From positions 34,079-98,078 of the forward strand of contig CAYJXA010000001.1 in NCBI GenBank assembly GCA_964373955.1: DNA of 64,000 nucleotides, in the 5' to 3' direction. A program made the translations under genes and the position numbers. A model generated the notes under the pieces. It saw only the letters and a program-made list of their open reading frames with translations. It did no database searches and was not told where the DNA came from. Origin of the DNA: an uncultured Methanosarcinales archaeon. GTDB lineage: Archaea; Nanobdellota; Nanobdellia; Woesearchaeales; GW2011-AR9. Shown here one piece after another: positions 9,277-18,770 of the stretch (position 1 is the stretch's first letter; each line of letters starts with the position of its first letter).

Positions 9277-11014
9277 GAGCATATTCTCGGCTAACTGCTT
9301 CTCTAAGCGCTGGAACTCCCTCCGGAGAGAGCTTCCCTGCATGCAGTTCAATAGTTTGGAGATCCAATCGCATTACGCGTTGAGCTTGCTCAGCCGTATA
9401 TCTACTGCCCGTCATATCAAAGACATATTTGAGATGAGCAAGGTGTTTATAGATAGCTGCGGCATGGTAACCAAGAATAAAGAAGCTGGTTGCATCAATT
9501 CTTGAATCAGCGTAGTGCTTAGGTAATTCTCTTTTTTCAAGGTAGTCTATAACCAACGCTTCCTGTTCCTCAAGAGTCAAGCCCAAAGAGTGATAGGAAT
9601 ATAATTTAGCTAAGTCTTCCTGTGGAGCACCAAACCCTACAAACTCATCTTCAAAGTCCGTTAAAATTATTTTTCCTTTTCGAGGATTGATTAGTACATT
9701 CCGTGGGCGAGGATCACCATGGATAAAAGAAGGAGCCAGCAGGGCCATTTGGGTAAGCAGAGCTGAGATAATGTACTGCTCATTGTACACGAAATTTAGG
9801 TCTCCATCCGCTCTAAATAGGGTATAGCTTTTCTGTTCATAATCGATGCCTTTTGGTTCACCATCGTCAGTATAAAACCGTGAGCGCAATACTTCTGCAT
9901 CTTTACGCATATCTCTAGTATCATCAAGAGAGAAAGAAAGTGATGAATCGGCATAGCGAAGATCTTGCTCTCCCTGTTCAGCCATATTTTGCAACACCCG
10001 TAACACACCAAGGTTAGGCAGACCTTGTAAATGCAACTGAAGTAGGGTGTCATTCATGCTTTGAAGGACGGCGCTTTTGTATTCAGGTGACTGTTGAATA
10101 AATTCATCCAACGTCTGCACTTCAGCAGCAAAGGGAGTCACTAGAGCATACTTGCAGCTAATCATCCTGTTTCCTTTTGGGAGGATGACTTCCGCAGCCA
10201 AATCAACACTTTGTGCCCTTCCTACTGATGCTAAAGGACTGGTTCCCCCGAGATAATGGTTTAAGCAAGCTTCAAAATCGCGTTGTTCTTTCTGCTCAGC
10301 GGAATAAAATTTGATAAAAGCATCCAAAGGCAATTTAGGAGATGTTGATGTAGAAAGATCACGCTGAAATAAGCGTACCCTCGCATTCACCTTTCTTGAA
10401 TCTTCATCAACTACCTCTTCTAGTATAATATGCCGGCAAAAATCACCTGTTCTTACCGAAGTAAGTAGTGGTTCTGCACGATCTCCCAACTGTTGCTTCA
10501 GCAAAAAGGGATTATCTAAGAGCTGTTGCATCAAGTCTGTATATTCAATTGCAGAGATATCTCGTTCCTCTTTTGTACGAGCACGTTTAAGAACATTTTT
10601 CCCATCAAGTTCGAGGAGAAGATTCTGCACTACCCCTTGAGAAGTTTCATCAAGTTCCAAAGGATCGATACCAAAAAATTCCTGAGCAGCTATTCTTACT
10701 TTATACTCATCGGGCAAAGCCCTCATCATCCCAATATATTCCCAGGTTCTTCGAGGATCGCTAAGGATGGAGGTAAATACTCTTACGGCTTCTTCATAAA
10801 TTCCTTGCTGGGGTTGATATAACCTTCCTGGAGTCAACCGGATCCAAGAAGCGTCGGGAGAAGAAGTTGGGCTAACCCAGGATGCTGGCGGAGGATCTGC
10901 TACTTTATCCATGGCCGCAAAGTATAACCGCATCCAGACGTGTTCTTGGGGAGTAAAATTACCAAAAAGCTTTTCTCGCAAGTGTTCCCGATTTGGATCA
11001 GAAGCGGAACTCAT
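9266..11014 (-). CDS. large protein with C-terminal protein-kinase-like (APH/choline-kinase fold) domain
   Basis: IHGDPRPRNVLI is an HGD catalytic-loop-like motif. ILTDFEDEF is DFG-like. The locus is GC-rich. Confidence 0.5.
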   Translation of the reverse strand: MSSASDPNREHLREKLFGNFTPQEHVWMRLYFAAMDKVADPPPASWVSPTSSPDASWIRLTPGRLYQPQQGIYEEAVRVFTSILSDPRRTWEYIGMMRALPDEYKVRIAAQEFFGIDPLELDETSQGVVQNLLLELDGKNVLKRARTKEERDISAIEYTDLMQQLLDNPFLLKQQLGDRAEPLLTSVRTGDFCRHIILEEVVDEDSRKVNARVRLFQRDLSTSTSPKLPLDAFIKFYSAEQKEQRDFEACLNHYLGGTSPLASVGRAQSVDLAAEVILPKGNRMISCKYALVTPFAAEVQTLDEFIQQSPEYKSAVLQSMNDTLLQLHLQGLPNLGVLRVLQNMAEQGEQDLRYADSSLSFSLDDTRDMRKDAEVLRSRFYTDDGEPKGIDYEQKSYTLFRADGDLNFVYNEQYIISALLTQMALLAPSFIHGDPRPRNVLINPRKGKIILTDFEDEFVGFGAPQEDLAKLYSYHSLGLTLEEQEALVIDYLEKRELPKHYADSRIDATSFFILGYHAAAIYKHLAHLKYVFDMTGSRYTAEQAQRVMRLDLQTIELHAGKLSPEGVPALREAVSREYALTL

Positions 11015-11291
11015 TTCCTTTCCTCCAAAAACGTCTTGATGGCTTCTTCAACCAGATGTGATTTATTCCGAAAGGAACTTTCTCTGGCGAAGGCTCTTAT
11101 CTTCTGTACTAATTCCTCGTCAATAGATATGGTAAAGACTTGTTTCATGCTGGGGTAACAAAAATTATTAGTACTATATAAACCTTTTCGTCAGTTACTA
11201 CTATTAAGAGGTATTTTTATTATTCTGCACGGAATAAATACCTTTTAATAATATTCTTTCATAGAAAATCTTATTAATAAGCCAAATTCTT

Positions 11292-11855
11292 ATGGTTCTT
11301 ATGACCGTCCGTACTTTGGAAGAGATCAAGAAACTCCGCAAGAAATTCCATCTGAATCAGAAAGAACTAGCAGAAAAAGCGAGTGTATCCCAAAGCCTTA
11401 TCGCTAAAATTGAGGCAGGAAAAATAGATCCTTCCTTTACCAAAGCCCAGCAAATCTTTGAAGCTTTAGATCAACTTCGAGAGCAGGAAGAAGTGAAAGC
11501 AAAACAATTGATGAATGATAAAGTCTTTTTTACCAAGCGGCATGAGCCAATTAAAGAGGTTATTAAAGCCATGAAAACTAAAGGAATTTCCCAAATGCCC
11601 GTATTGGAAAGAGAACGAGTCGTGGGAATCATTTCAGAGGGAACTATTCTTAACAAAATTGCCGAAAACCCGCATAAAGTAGCTTCATTGAAGGCAGACG
11701 AAGTGATGGAAGAAGCCCCCCCCATTGTTTCCCTGAATACCGGATTGAAAACATTATTAGAATTATTACGGGAGTATCCGATTGTACTAGTAGCAGAGAA
11801 AGGAGATATTAAAGGAATTATTTCCAAGAGTGATGTGCTGGAGAGGGTAGAATGA
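11292..11855 (+). CDS. XRE-type HTH plus tandem CBS domain regulator
   Basis: The N-terminus LNQKELAEKASVSQSLIAKIE is an XRE-type HTH. The C-terminal part has the CBS-pair pattern. Confidence 0.7.
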   Translation: MVLMTVRTLEEIKKLRKKFHLNQKELAEKASVSQSLIAKIEAGKIDPSFTKAQQIFEALDQLREQEEVKAKQLMNDKVFFTKRHEPIKEVIKAMKTKGISQMPVLERERVVGIISEGTILNKIAENPHKVASLKADEVMEEAPPIVSLNTGLKTLLELLREYPIVLVAEKGDIKGIISKSDVLERVE

Positions 11856-12496
11856 GAGAAATGGGATCAATCCTTCGTGATGATGTGGAATACGCAATTC
11901 ATTGTGATGAGAAAGGCAGAATTATAGGCCCTATTTCCAAGAAGCATGCGCATCTTCCGGGAGTTCGCCAAGCCCTAACCCATTACTCAACCTGGTCCAT
12001 GATTTTTCATGCAGAATCTGGAAAATATGGTCTTCAACGGAAGAATCCAAAGAAACACGATAAGTTTGGAGCAGGAAAATGGGATATGGGGGTGGCTGGT
12101 CATAATTGTTATATCAAAGATAAAGAAGAGTACCGGCCCATGAACTTTAAGGAAACGTTACTCAAAGAAGCGTCCGAAGAAATCGGATTACCTCTGGAAG
12201 TTATTGATTCGTTAGAAGAATTTACCAAACGATTAAAGGATAAAATAAAGAAGCCAATCGCAATTTTCATTGAAAAATTTCATTATCAAACGGAGCGAAA
12301 TAATGAATTTGTGGGGCTTGCCTTTATCGTGACCCCAACTACCAAGCTAAAATTCAAAGACAAAGAAGTCGTTGATTTTAGATGGCTAACCCCACAGGAG
12401 CTAGAGCACTATCTCAGGACTGAGAAAAATTATTGTGACCCATTGCCACTCGTTTTTGAGAAGGTTGAAAAGTTCAGAAAGAAATATCTTCATTAA
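11852..12496 (+). CDS. Nudix-family hydrolase
   Basis: ETLLKEASEEIGL resembles the Nudix box Gx5Ex7REUxEExGU. The start overlaps the upstream stop codon. Confidence 0.5.
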   Translation: MREMGSILRDDVEYAIHCDEKGRIIGPISKKHAHLPGVRQALTHYSTWSMIFHAESGKYGLQRKNPKKHDKFGAGKWDMGVAGHNCYIKDKEEYRPMNFKETLLKEASEEIGLPLEVIDSLEEFTKRLKDKIKKPIAIFIEKFHYQTERNNEFVGLAFIVTPTTKLKFKDKEVVDFRWLTPQELEHYLRTEKNYCDPLPLVFEKVEKFRKKYLH

Positions 12497-12526
12497 ATGC
12501 TTAAGAGAACTGGGGAAATTGCCTTA

Positions 12527-13396
12527 TCAATCCTTACTCGCCTGAAACGCTAAAATATCATCCATGCTTAATTTTTTCCCTTTCTTTAATTTCTCCTGAA
12601 CTTCAGCGGTTTTCTCTTTCACTTTGGTCTTAAAACTCTTCTCTTCTTCCGCCTGAAATAATTTGGAAAGTTCAGTATAGCGAGCTTGTATTTCATCAGC
12701 TTTTTTCTTCAATTCTTCCATCTGCGATCGAAGCTGCTGATGCTTTTCCGCTAAAGGTTTTTCAGATTCACGAAGCTTTTTAATCTCATCATACAAATGC
12801 CGGATTTCCTCATGCTTCGCCTGGGATTCATGGGCAAGCTGCTGCACATTTTGATGATGCTCGTTTGCCAATCGTCTAGTTTCCGAGAAATCAGCGGAGG
12901 CAGAATTAACTTCTTTCCATGCTGCACCCAACTCTTCCACTTTTTTATACAATGATTTTAATTCTTTGATTTTCTTGGTAAGCTGCTGCTCCTTCTCAAA
13001 GGGCATCACTTCGGTTTCTATTTTCTTTTCCAGAGCGGTAATCTGCGCTTTTATCTTTCGGGGATCTTCTTTAACATCTAATTTTTGAAGCAATTCTTCT
13101 TTCTTTTGTTCTACTTCTTTTCGTTCACTGGCTTTTTCTTTGACAGCTTGATTTAATTTATCCCGCTCTTCTTTAAGCGCTTTTACGGTAGACGTTTGCT
13201 GGTTACGCTCCTCCCGCAACTTTTTAACCCGGTCATTCCGGCCTTTAATCTGGCTGTGGATCTTCTTTAACTCCTGAAAAACGTTCTCCTTTTCAGTATG
13301 CAAAGAATGAAGCTGATTCTTCAAGAGGGACAATTCCTTCCTCTTTTCATAAAATTCTTTCCGTTGTTCAGATAAATCTTGGTCTAATTGCTCCAT
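12527..13396 (-). CDS. conserved archaeal coiled-coil protein (COG1340-like)
   Basis: 289 aa, almost entirely heptad-repeat E/K/Q-rich sequence; in archaea such a gene commonly lies next to the L12 operon. Confidence 0.6.
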   Translation of the reverse strand: MEQLDQDLSEQRKEFYEKRKELSLLKNQLHSLHTEKENVFQELKKIHSQIKGRNDRVKKLREERNQQTSTVKALKEERDKLNQAVKEKASERKEVEQKKEELLQKLDVKEDPRKIKAQITALEKKIETEVMPFEKEQQLTKKIKELKSLYKKVEELGAAWKEVNSASADFSETRRLANEHHQNVQQLAHESQAKHEEIRHLYDEIKKLRESEKPLAEKHQQLRSQMEELKKKADEIQARYTELSKLFQAEEEKSFKTKVKEKTAEVQEKLKKGKKLSMDDILAFQASKD

Positions 13397-13444
13397 ACAC
13401 TCTCACTTTGTAAAACGAAAATAAAAGAGAAGAATAAAAAAGAA

Positions 13445-13759
13445 TTATCCAAACAAAGCTCCTAGCCCTGCGGCCGCAGCTTCGTCAGCTTTCTTTTGTT
13501 CTTCTTCTTTCGATTTTTCGCTCTTCTTTGCTTCTTTTTGAGCAGGCGCTCCACCGGCAGCAGCAACTGCTACGGGCGCAGCCACGGCTGCTTTCTTAAT
13601 TGCTTCGTCAATATCAACACCTTGTAAAGCAGCTACTAACGCTTTTACTCTGGTTTCTTCGACATTGACACCGGCAGCTTTAAGCACGGATTTAACCGCG
13701 TCTTCGGTGATTTGTTTCCCTGCTTTATGAAGCAGCATTGCAGCATAGATGTATTCCAT
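13445..13759 (-). CDS. rpl12: 50S ribosomal protein L12 (P1 stalk protein)
   Basis: [12 protein letters not shown]-terminus, an Ala-rich hinge, and an acidic tail ending GLGALFG. Confidence 0.9.
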   Translation of the reverse strand: MEYIYAAMLLHKAGKQITEDAVKSVLKAAGVNVEETRVKALVAALQGVDIDEAIKKAAVAAPVAVAAAGGAPAQKEAKKSEKSKEEEQKKADEAAAAGLGALFG

Positions 13760-13808
13760 AATTCATCCCTCCAATCTTGTTCCATTAATTTTGTTTATCA
13801 ATGCCATT

Positions 13809-14651
13809 TTATTCTATGTTTCCCGCGTCTTTTACCGCCAAGGCCTGTTGCTCTGCTTTCGCCAATATTTCCCCGGCAGTAAGATCAGCAAGTATGTTTT
13901 GTTCGATGGATAAGCCCTTCGCATCAGTAAAAGCTTTCTGGATGAGTAGTTCTACTGTATCAGCGGCAGTGTATGCAGCTTCAACTGCCAAATTCATAGC
14001 CCATTGAGCTGCCTGAGTGATGTTCTGAGCATATTCTGCTTCATCAATATACAAATCTTTCGAGCTGAAAACCAGTCCTTTTTCCCACACAGCTACTAAA
14101 TCCAAACCAATCTCCATGGGTTTAATGTCCAGCCGCTTCAAGGTTTCCGCTACTTTCCCCGAGATGGTTCCGCCTTCTTTAACAACGGTGACATCATCAA
14201 TAATCGCTAATTTTCCAGCGTCAACTTTGGTTTTAATCCCCACTGAGGCAAGTTCAGAAATGATAGGGCCTGGAGCAAAATTAGTGGGTCCAGATTTTAC
14301 AATAATATCCCGAGGTGCAATCTGCCCTGCTTTCGCGGGAGCTTCCGATTTATTTTTTCGAATTAAGGAAGAGAGAGCAAAGGGATTGTTCTTGCTTAAG
14401 ATCAGTGCAGGCATGCCTTTAATAGTGTTCGTCAGTTGGTCAATATTTTCCTTCTTAGACTCCTGCAGGGCTAATTTTAATAATCGCTTCCGAGCCATAA
14501 CAATATCAACATCCTGGCTCTTTAACATTGCCCTCATCTTTTGAAGCTGGGGAGCAGGAAGATTCTGCATATTTACGACTCCAACAATCGGAGCCTGCTG
14601 GATAGAGGAAATTAATCCCTGTACAAATTTTTTCTTGGTTGCATTGACCAT
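13809..14651 (-). CDS. rpl10: 50S ribosomal protein L10 (acidic P0)
   Basis: 280 aa, located between L1 and L12, with a P0-like N-terminal domain. Confidence 0.85.
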   Translation of the reverse strand: MVNATKKKFVQGLISSIQQAPIVGVVNMQNLPAPQLQKMRAMLKSQDVDIVMARKRLLKLALQESKKENIDQLTNTIKGMPALILSKNNPFALSSLIRKNKSEAPAKAGQIAPRDIIVKSGPTNFAPGPIISELASVGIKTKVDAGKLAIIDDVTVVKEGGTISGKVAETLKRLDIKPMEIGLDLVAVWEKGLVFSSKDLYIDEAEYAQNITQAAQWAMNLAVEAAYTAADTVELLIQKAFTDAKGLSIEQNILADLTAGEILAKAEQQALAVKDAGNIE

Positions 14652-14652
14652 T

Positions 14653-15291
14653 TTATACTTTGACCGGTTTCCCCATGCTTGATTTTAAGAGGAGATTCTT
14701 GAGATTTTGCATTTCATTGGGAAGCTGCTTTACCACCGCGTGATATACTGCTAAAACATTGTCAATAATTTCTTCATCTTTCTGATCCTGTTTTCCCACG
14801 ACGCATTGTAAATTCAATCCTTTCTTTGCCTGCAGCCGCACCGTTTGGTTTAATTTTTTGACTAAGGGCTCTAAATTAGCGGAAGGAGGAACGACACAGC
14901 CTAATTTAGGATTGGGCATTTTCCCCCGCGTTCCCAGAATCTTACCAAAATTAGCCGCAATTTTAGGCATTAAGTTAGCTTGAGCAATAAAATAATCATA
15001 GTCTTCCGCTAATTTTTTAGCAGTTTTCTTGTCGGCGTACTTTGGAAAATCTAGTTCCCGAATGCTTAGATCGCAGAATTTTGCAGCTTGGGCAGATAAT
15101 TCTTGATCAACAAAGGCAGCAACTTTAACTTTTCTTCCTTTGGAATAAGGCAAGGTTACAAAGACATCGAGTGGATTAGATTTAATCTCCAAGTTTTTTA
15201 AGTTAAGAATTAAATCGTAAGACTGGTTAAATTTACGTGCAGGCTGCTTTTTGATTTCTTCTAATGCTTTTTGTACTTGTTCTTTCTGCAT
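14653..15291 (-). CDS. rpl1: 50S ribosomal protein L1
   Basis: 212 aa in operon position with L10 and L12; the KGRK...VAAF sequence is L1-like. Confidence 0.85.
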   Translation of the reverse strand: MQKEQVQKALEEIKKQPARKFNQSYDLILNLKNLEIKSNPLDVFVTLPYSKGRKVKVAAFVDQELSAQAAKFCDLSIRELDFPKYADKKTAKKLAEDYDYFIAQANLMPKIAANFGKILGTRGKMPNPKLGCVVPPSANLEPLVKKLNQTVRLQAKKGLNLQCVVGKQDQKDEEIIDNVLAVYHAVVKQLPNEMQNLKNLLLKSSMGKPVKV

Positions 15292-15300
15292 GGGAACCTC

Positions 15301-15315
15301 CTACTCGGAGAGTAG
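15301..15315 (-). promoter_or_regulatory. hairpin in the rpl1 5' leader next to the Shine-Dalgarno sequence; candidate L1 autoregulatory site
   Basis: Perfect 6-bp stem CTACTC/GAGTAG with a 3-nt loop, immediately 5' of the GGAGGT SD and the ATG. Confidence 0.35.
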
Positions 15316-15347
15316 TTCGAACGGTTTAAAGCTGAGGATAGCCGCTT

Positions 15348-15357
15348 CTTTATAAAG
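15348..15357 (-). promoter_or_regulatory. TATA box for the rpl1-rpl10-rpl12 operon
   Basis: Palindromic CTTTATAAAG located about 60 nt upstream of the rpl1 ATG. Confidence 0.5.
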
Positions 15358-15367
15358 ATTGCGAAAA

Positions 15368-15778
15368 TTATTTTTGAAGGGATTGTAATTCCTTTTCCAA
15401 CTTTTTTATTAAATCATTAAGGTCTCGGTAGAAAATCACTTTTCGTAAGGGAGGAAGCCCTAATACCATATTAGAGACTTTAACGCCTTCTTTAGCTAGG
15501 GCAATGATAGGAATACGATGATCATACGCCATTTGAAGTTCCATTCCCACCCCATGGGAAGGGCTAGAAACTTCTGCAATGAAGAGATCACTCCGAGTAA
15601 TGGTGTTTAGTGTTCTGGTGTAAAATGCTCGAGGAGTTTCTTTTGAATTCCAGAAATCAGGATAAGTGCCAATAACTTTATCAAAGAATTTTTCACAGAG
15701 TTTCATCAATTTCTTGTAAACGGGAAGATAACTTCGACCAAACAAATGAATGGGGCCAAAAACATACACTATTTTCAT
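15368..15778 (-). CDS. hypothetical protein, possibly nucleoside 2-deoxyribosyltransferase-like Rossmann fold
   Basis: 136 aa with a GVGMELQMAYDHRIPIIAL segment resembling that family. It occupies the position where L11 is usually found. Confidence 0.3.
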   Translation of the reverse strand: MKIVYVFGPIHLFGRSYLPVYKKLMKLCEKFFDKVIGTYPDFWNSKETPRAFYTRTLNTITRSDLFIAEVSSPSHGVGMELQMAYDHRIPIIALAKEGVKVSNMVLGLPPLRKVIFYRDLNDLIKKLEKELQSLQK

Positions 15779-18259
15779 CTACCGCTCCTTATTCCTTTCC
15801 AGAATTTGAATATTGATATCGATCTTCTCCAGCAATTGCCGATACGCCATTCTAATATCATCGCGGAAATGCTCTTTCTTCCGGAAGAATTCTTCAAGGT
15901 CCCGCTTCACTGCTTTATTATCCACATAGGAAAGATTATGCACAAACGTCGGCAGCATGTGGGTACCGCAATTATATTTCTGCAAAAGCATTTTCCAATG
16001 CCGTTTAGTCCAATTCCACAACAATCCCTGGCCAGCTGGATTGATGGATACCATCATCGGAATCATAAATGAATCTTGCAAGCGAACCGTTGCTGACTGC
16101 GACAACTCTAAGGCCCGCTGGAGTAAATTCTTATCCTGAAACAAACCCAATGAGCGCAGTAACTTTCGATTTTCTTCCGGGAGCTCTTCATGTGTATACC
16201 TATCTAGAAGGTAATGGAAAGTTTTTTCATTTCCCTGCCATGCCGCTAAGGCATAAATCGCTCCCCTCAAATTGGAATCAAGAGAAGTGTCTCCCTGTTT
16301 AATCTTATTGAAGAGCGCATTTGCTTTTTGTAAAGTTTCTTTATGTCCTAGCAATCCCAAACTCGCAATGGTAGCTGAACGTAACAGAGTGGTAGTATTT
16401 TTTTCATTTTTTGCCCTCTCCCAGCCAAGCCTGCGAAGCAGCTGCTGGTGGAAAAGCAAACTGGTCTTTTGGATGGAAGTGTATAAAGGCCGGCCATAAA
16501 ACAGCCGTAATAACATTCCCAAATGAGCAGAAATACTGGAATCCAAAGGATATGTTGCCTGCAAACAAGATTTCTCTACGAAAGAGAGATAGTCTTTCAC
16601 TGAACTCTTACCGGCGTGAGTTATAGCAAATAAATCGTTCTCAATTCCCACCGCATCCAGCGGGGATATTTTTTTTGATTTAATTGCCAGTCCTAAAGTG
16701 GAAAGCAAAGCAGCATCATACTTCACTCGATATAGCCCATTCTGACCGTGATTAAGTTTGATCCATTCGCTTTTCTCCGCTACAAGCAGGGATTTTGCCT
16801 GCATAAGTATCCGATGGGCTGATCCTTTCGCCGGGAGATAATGAAGAGGGATCAGCCATTCTCCTTTCAACTTTTTTCCCGTCAAGGTGAAACGCTGTTG
16901 CGTAAGCATAAACCCCTTTTCCGTTTTGGTTACTTCTACAATGGGATAACCCGGCTGAGTGATCCAGCGATTCATCAAACGAACGACATTCTGATCGCGA
17001 TGCGCTTGTTGAATTGCCTTCCAGAGGTCTTCTTTTGTAGCATTAGCGTAGGCATGCTTTTGCAGGTACCTGGTTAACCCTCGGCGAAATACGTCGGGAG
17101 CGACAAAATCTTCCAGCATATGCAGAACACTTCCTCCTTTGTCGTAACTAATGCGATCGAAAATCTCATCAATTTCCCCGGGAGTATTTACCACTACGCT
17201 AATGGGATGGGTTGATTCTAGTTGATCAGCAGAAAGAGCGTCAGCAATAGTGTCTTCATAATATTGCAACATCACATCCCATTCGGGGAAGGACTCATGC
17301 ACTGCCTTGTATCCCATGAAGGTGGCAAAGCTTTCATTCAGCCAGAGATCATCCCACCATTCCATCGTAACCAGATTGCCGAACCATTGGTGTGCTAATT
17401 CATGGGCAATAGTGATTGCAATTTGCTGCTTTACCGCTACACTAGTATGCTCATCGCCAAGCAAGGCAATTTCACGGAACGTAATTGCCCCCCAATTTTC
17501 CATTGCCCCCGAGGCAAAATCAGGAATTGCAATAACATCCAGTTTTGGAAGGGGATAATTAACCTGAAAGTATTTTTCAAAGAATCGCAGGAATGCAGAA
17601 GTATAATGTAACGCTAAGGATGCGTACTTAATCTTTTCCGGAACGGTGAAAACTCTAATTTCAATATCACGATAGCGTGTACTGATATATTTGAAATCTC
17701 CTACGCCCAAATAGAGCAGATACGTTGACATTTTTGGGGAGGTATGAAAGGATACTATTTTTCGATTATCGGGGAGGATTCGTTCCTGCTTAACGGGCAT
17801 GTTAGAGATAGTGAAAAGCTGCCGGGGAACGATCAAAGAAACATCGAACGTGGCTTTGAAAGCTGGCTCATCAAAGCACGGGAATGCCGCTCTGGCATTA
17901 GCGGATTCAAATTGGGTGGTGAGTAAATAGCCCTGGCTGTATTTACTGCGATAAAACCCATACATTCCATCGTTATGCACCCCAGTAAAGTCAAGAGTGA
18001 GTTCTACTTTTCCCTTCAAAGGTTTGGGGAAAGTGAGGATGACTTCCTGATCGGCAGATCGTACCGAAGCATGGAGCTGAGCTGCCTCCGCCTTTCGGAC
18101 CTGCAGCTCTTTCGCGTTGAGCGTAATTACTTTGGTTGGTTTTTTAATTGTAACCAGAATGGAAGCATGCCCCTGAAAATGAAAAGTTTGAAAATTAGGT
18201 TCAAAGCGAAGGGTGTAATGGGAAGGGATTACGTTCGTTCCCAGCGTCTTTCTGGCCAT
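15779..18259 (-). CDS. M1-family aminopeptidase (aminopeptidase N-like)
   Basis: GAMENWG exopeptidase motif plus the zinc-binding HELAHQWFGNLVTMEWW...WLNE motif; 826 aa. Confidence 0.95.
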   Translation of the reverse strand: MARKTLGTNVIPSHYTLRFEPNFQTFHFQGHASILVTIKKPTKVITLNAKELQVRKAEAAQLHASVRSADQEVILTFPKPLKGKVELTLDFTGVHNDGMYGFYRSKYSQGYLLTTQFESANARAAFPCFDEPAFKATFDVSLIVPRQLFTISNMPVKQERILPDNRKIVSFHTSPKMSTYLLYLGVGDFKYISTRYRDIEIRVFTVPEKIKYASLALHYTSAFLRFFEKYFQVNYPLPKLDVIAIPDFASGAMENWGAITFREIALLGDEHTSVAVKQQIAITIAHELAHQWFGNLVTMEWWDDLWLNESFATFMGYKAVHESFPEWDVMLQYYEDTIADALSADQLESTHPISVVVNTPGEIDEIFDRISYDKGGSVLHMLEDFVAPDVFRRGLTRYLQKHAYANATKEDLWKAIQQAHRDQNVVRLMNRWITQPGYPIVEVTKTEKGFMLTQQRFTLTGKKLKGEWLIPLHYLPAKGSAHRILMQAKSLLVAEKSEWIKLNHGQNGLYRVKYDAALLSTLGLAIKSKKISPLDAVGIENDLFAITHAGKSSVKDYLSFVEKSCLQATYPLDSSISAHLGMLLRLFYGRPLYTSIQKTSLLFHQQLLRRLGWERAKNEKNTTTLLRSATIASLGLLGHKETLQKANALFNKIKQGDTSLDSNLRGAIYALAAWQGNEKTFHYLLDRYTHEELPEENRKLLRSLGLFQDKNLLQRALELSQSATVRLQDSFMIPMMVSINPAGQGLLWNWTKRHWKMLLQKYNCGTHMLPTFVHNLSYVDNKAVKRDLEEFFRKKEHFRDDIRMAYRQLLEKIDINIQILERNKER

Positions 18260-18331
18260 GGGAAAAGGTTATCTGCGAGGTTAATAAAGGTTACGAAATG
18301 GTGTTTAGAACAGAGTATAGAAGCTTAAAAA

Positions 18332-18634
18332 TCATTCTTCTTTCTTCTTTTTGGGCTGTTTGAGGTCACCTACTGCCTTTTTAAAAGCCTCAATTTGCTT
18401 CTCCGTCAGCGACCCAAACTGAAGATAAGCGCGCTTAATATTCCGCAAGAACATCGATTTCTCATACAACTCCCGGGGAATATCCAACAATTTTTTATAT
18501 TCAGGATCGGTTACTGGTTCTTCAATTTGTTTCATGTGGCAATCCACACAGATGGGAAATTGCCGGCTGGAATACATAATAACCATGTTTTTCTTGCATA
18601 ATGCACAACGTTGCTTATATTTCGGTCGAGGCAT
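18332..18634 (-). CDS. small zinc-ribbon protein
   Basis: Two CxxC pairs (CALCKK...CVDC); 100 aa with a Lys-rich tail. Confidence 0.45.
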   Translation of the reverse strand: MPRPKYKQRCALCKKNMVIMYSSRQFPICVDCHMKQIEEPVTDPEYKKLLDIPRELYEKSMFLRNIKRAYLQFGSLTEKQIEAFKKAVGDLKQPKKKKEE

Positions 18635-18670
18635 AGCCGTAGAACAAGGGGCGAGGTTTATTAAGGTTTA

Positions 18671-18710
18671 GTAAATGACTTAAATATTGCATCAAAAATA
18701 AGTCATTTAC
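18671..18710. repeat. perfect 12-bp inverted repeat (hairpin) GTAAATGACTTA/TAAGTCATTTAC
   Basis: Read directly from the sequence; the arms are separated by a 16-nt loop. Confidence 0.8.
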
Positions 18711-18713
18711 TAT

Positions 18714-18759
18714 CTAGTAAGCGACAGTATTTTGGGGGGTTAATTTTGTCGCTTACTAG
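18714..18759. repeat. perfect 13-bp inverted repeat (hairpin) CTAGTAAGCGACA/TGTCGCTTACTAG
   Basis: Read directly from the sequence. The loop (about 20 nt) is T/G-rich. It lies immediately next to the first hairpin. Confidence 0.8.
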
Positions 18760-18770
18760 TTTGGGAAAGG

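Noticed and set aside
13801-14544. ORFs on the plus strand inside rpl10 (68 and 142 aa)
   Set aside because: They are antisense to the ribosomal P0 gene and are shadow ORFs.
14653-15778. rpl11 immediately upstream of rpl1
   Set aside because: The upstream gene (15368-15778) has no L11 features (no PxxGPxLG motif). L11 must be encoded elsewhere.
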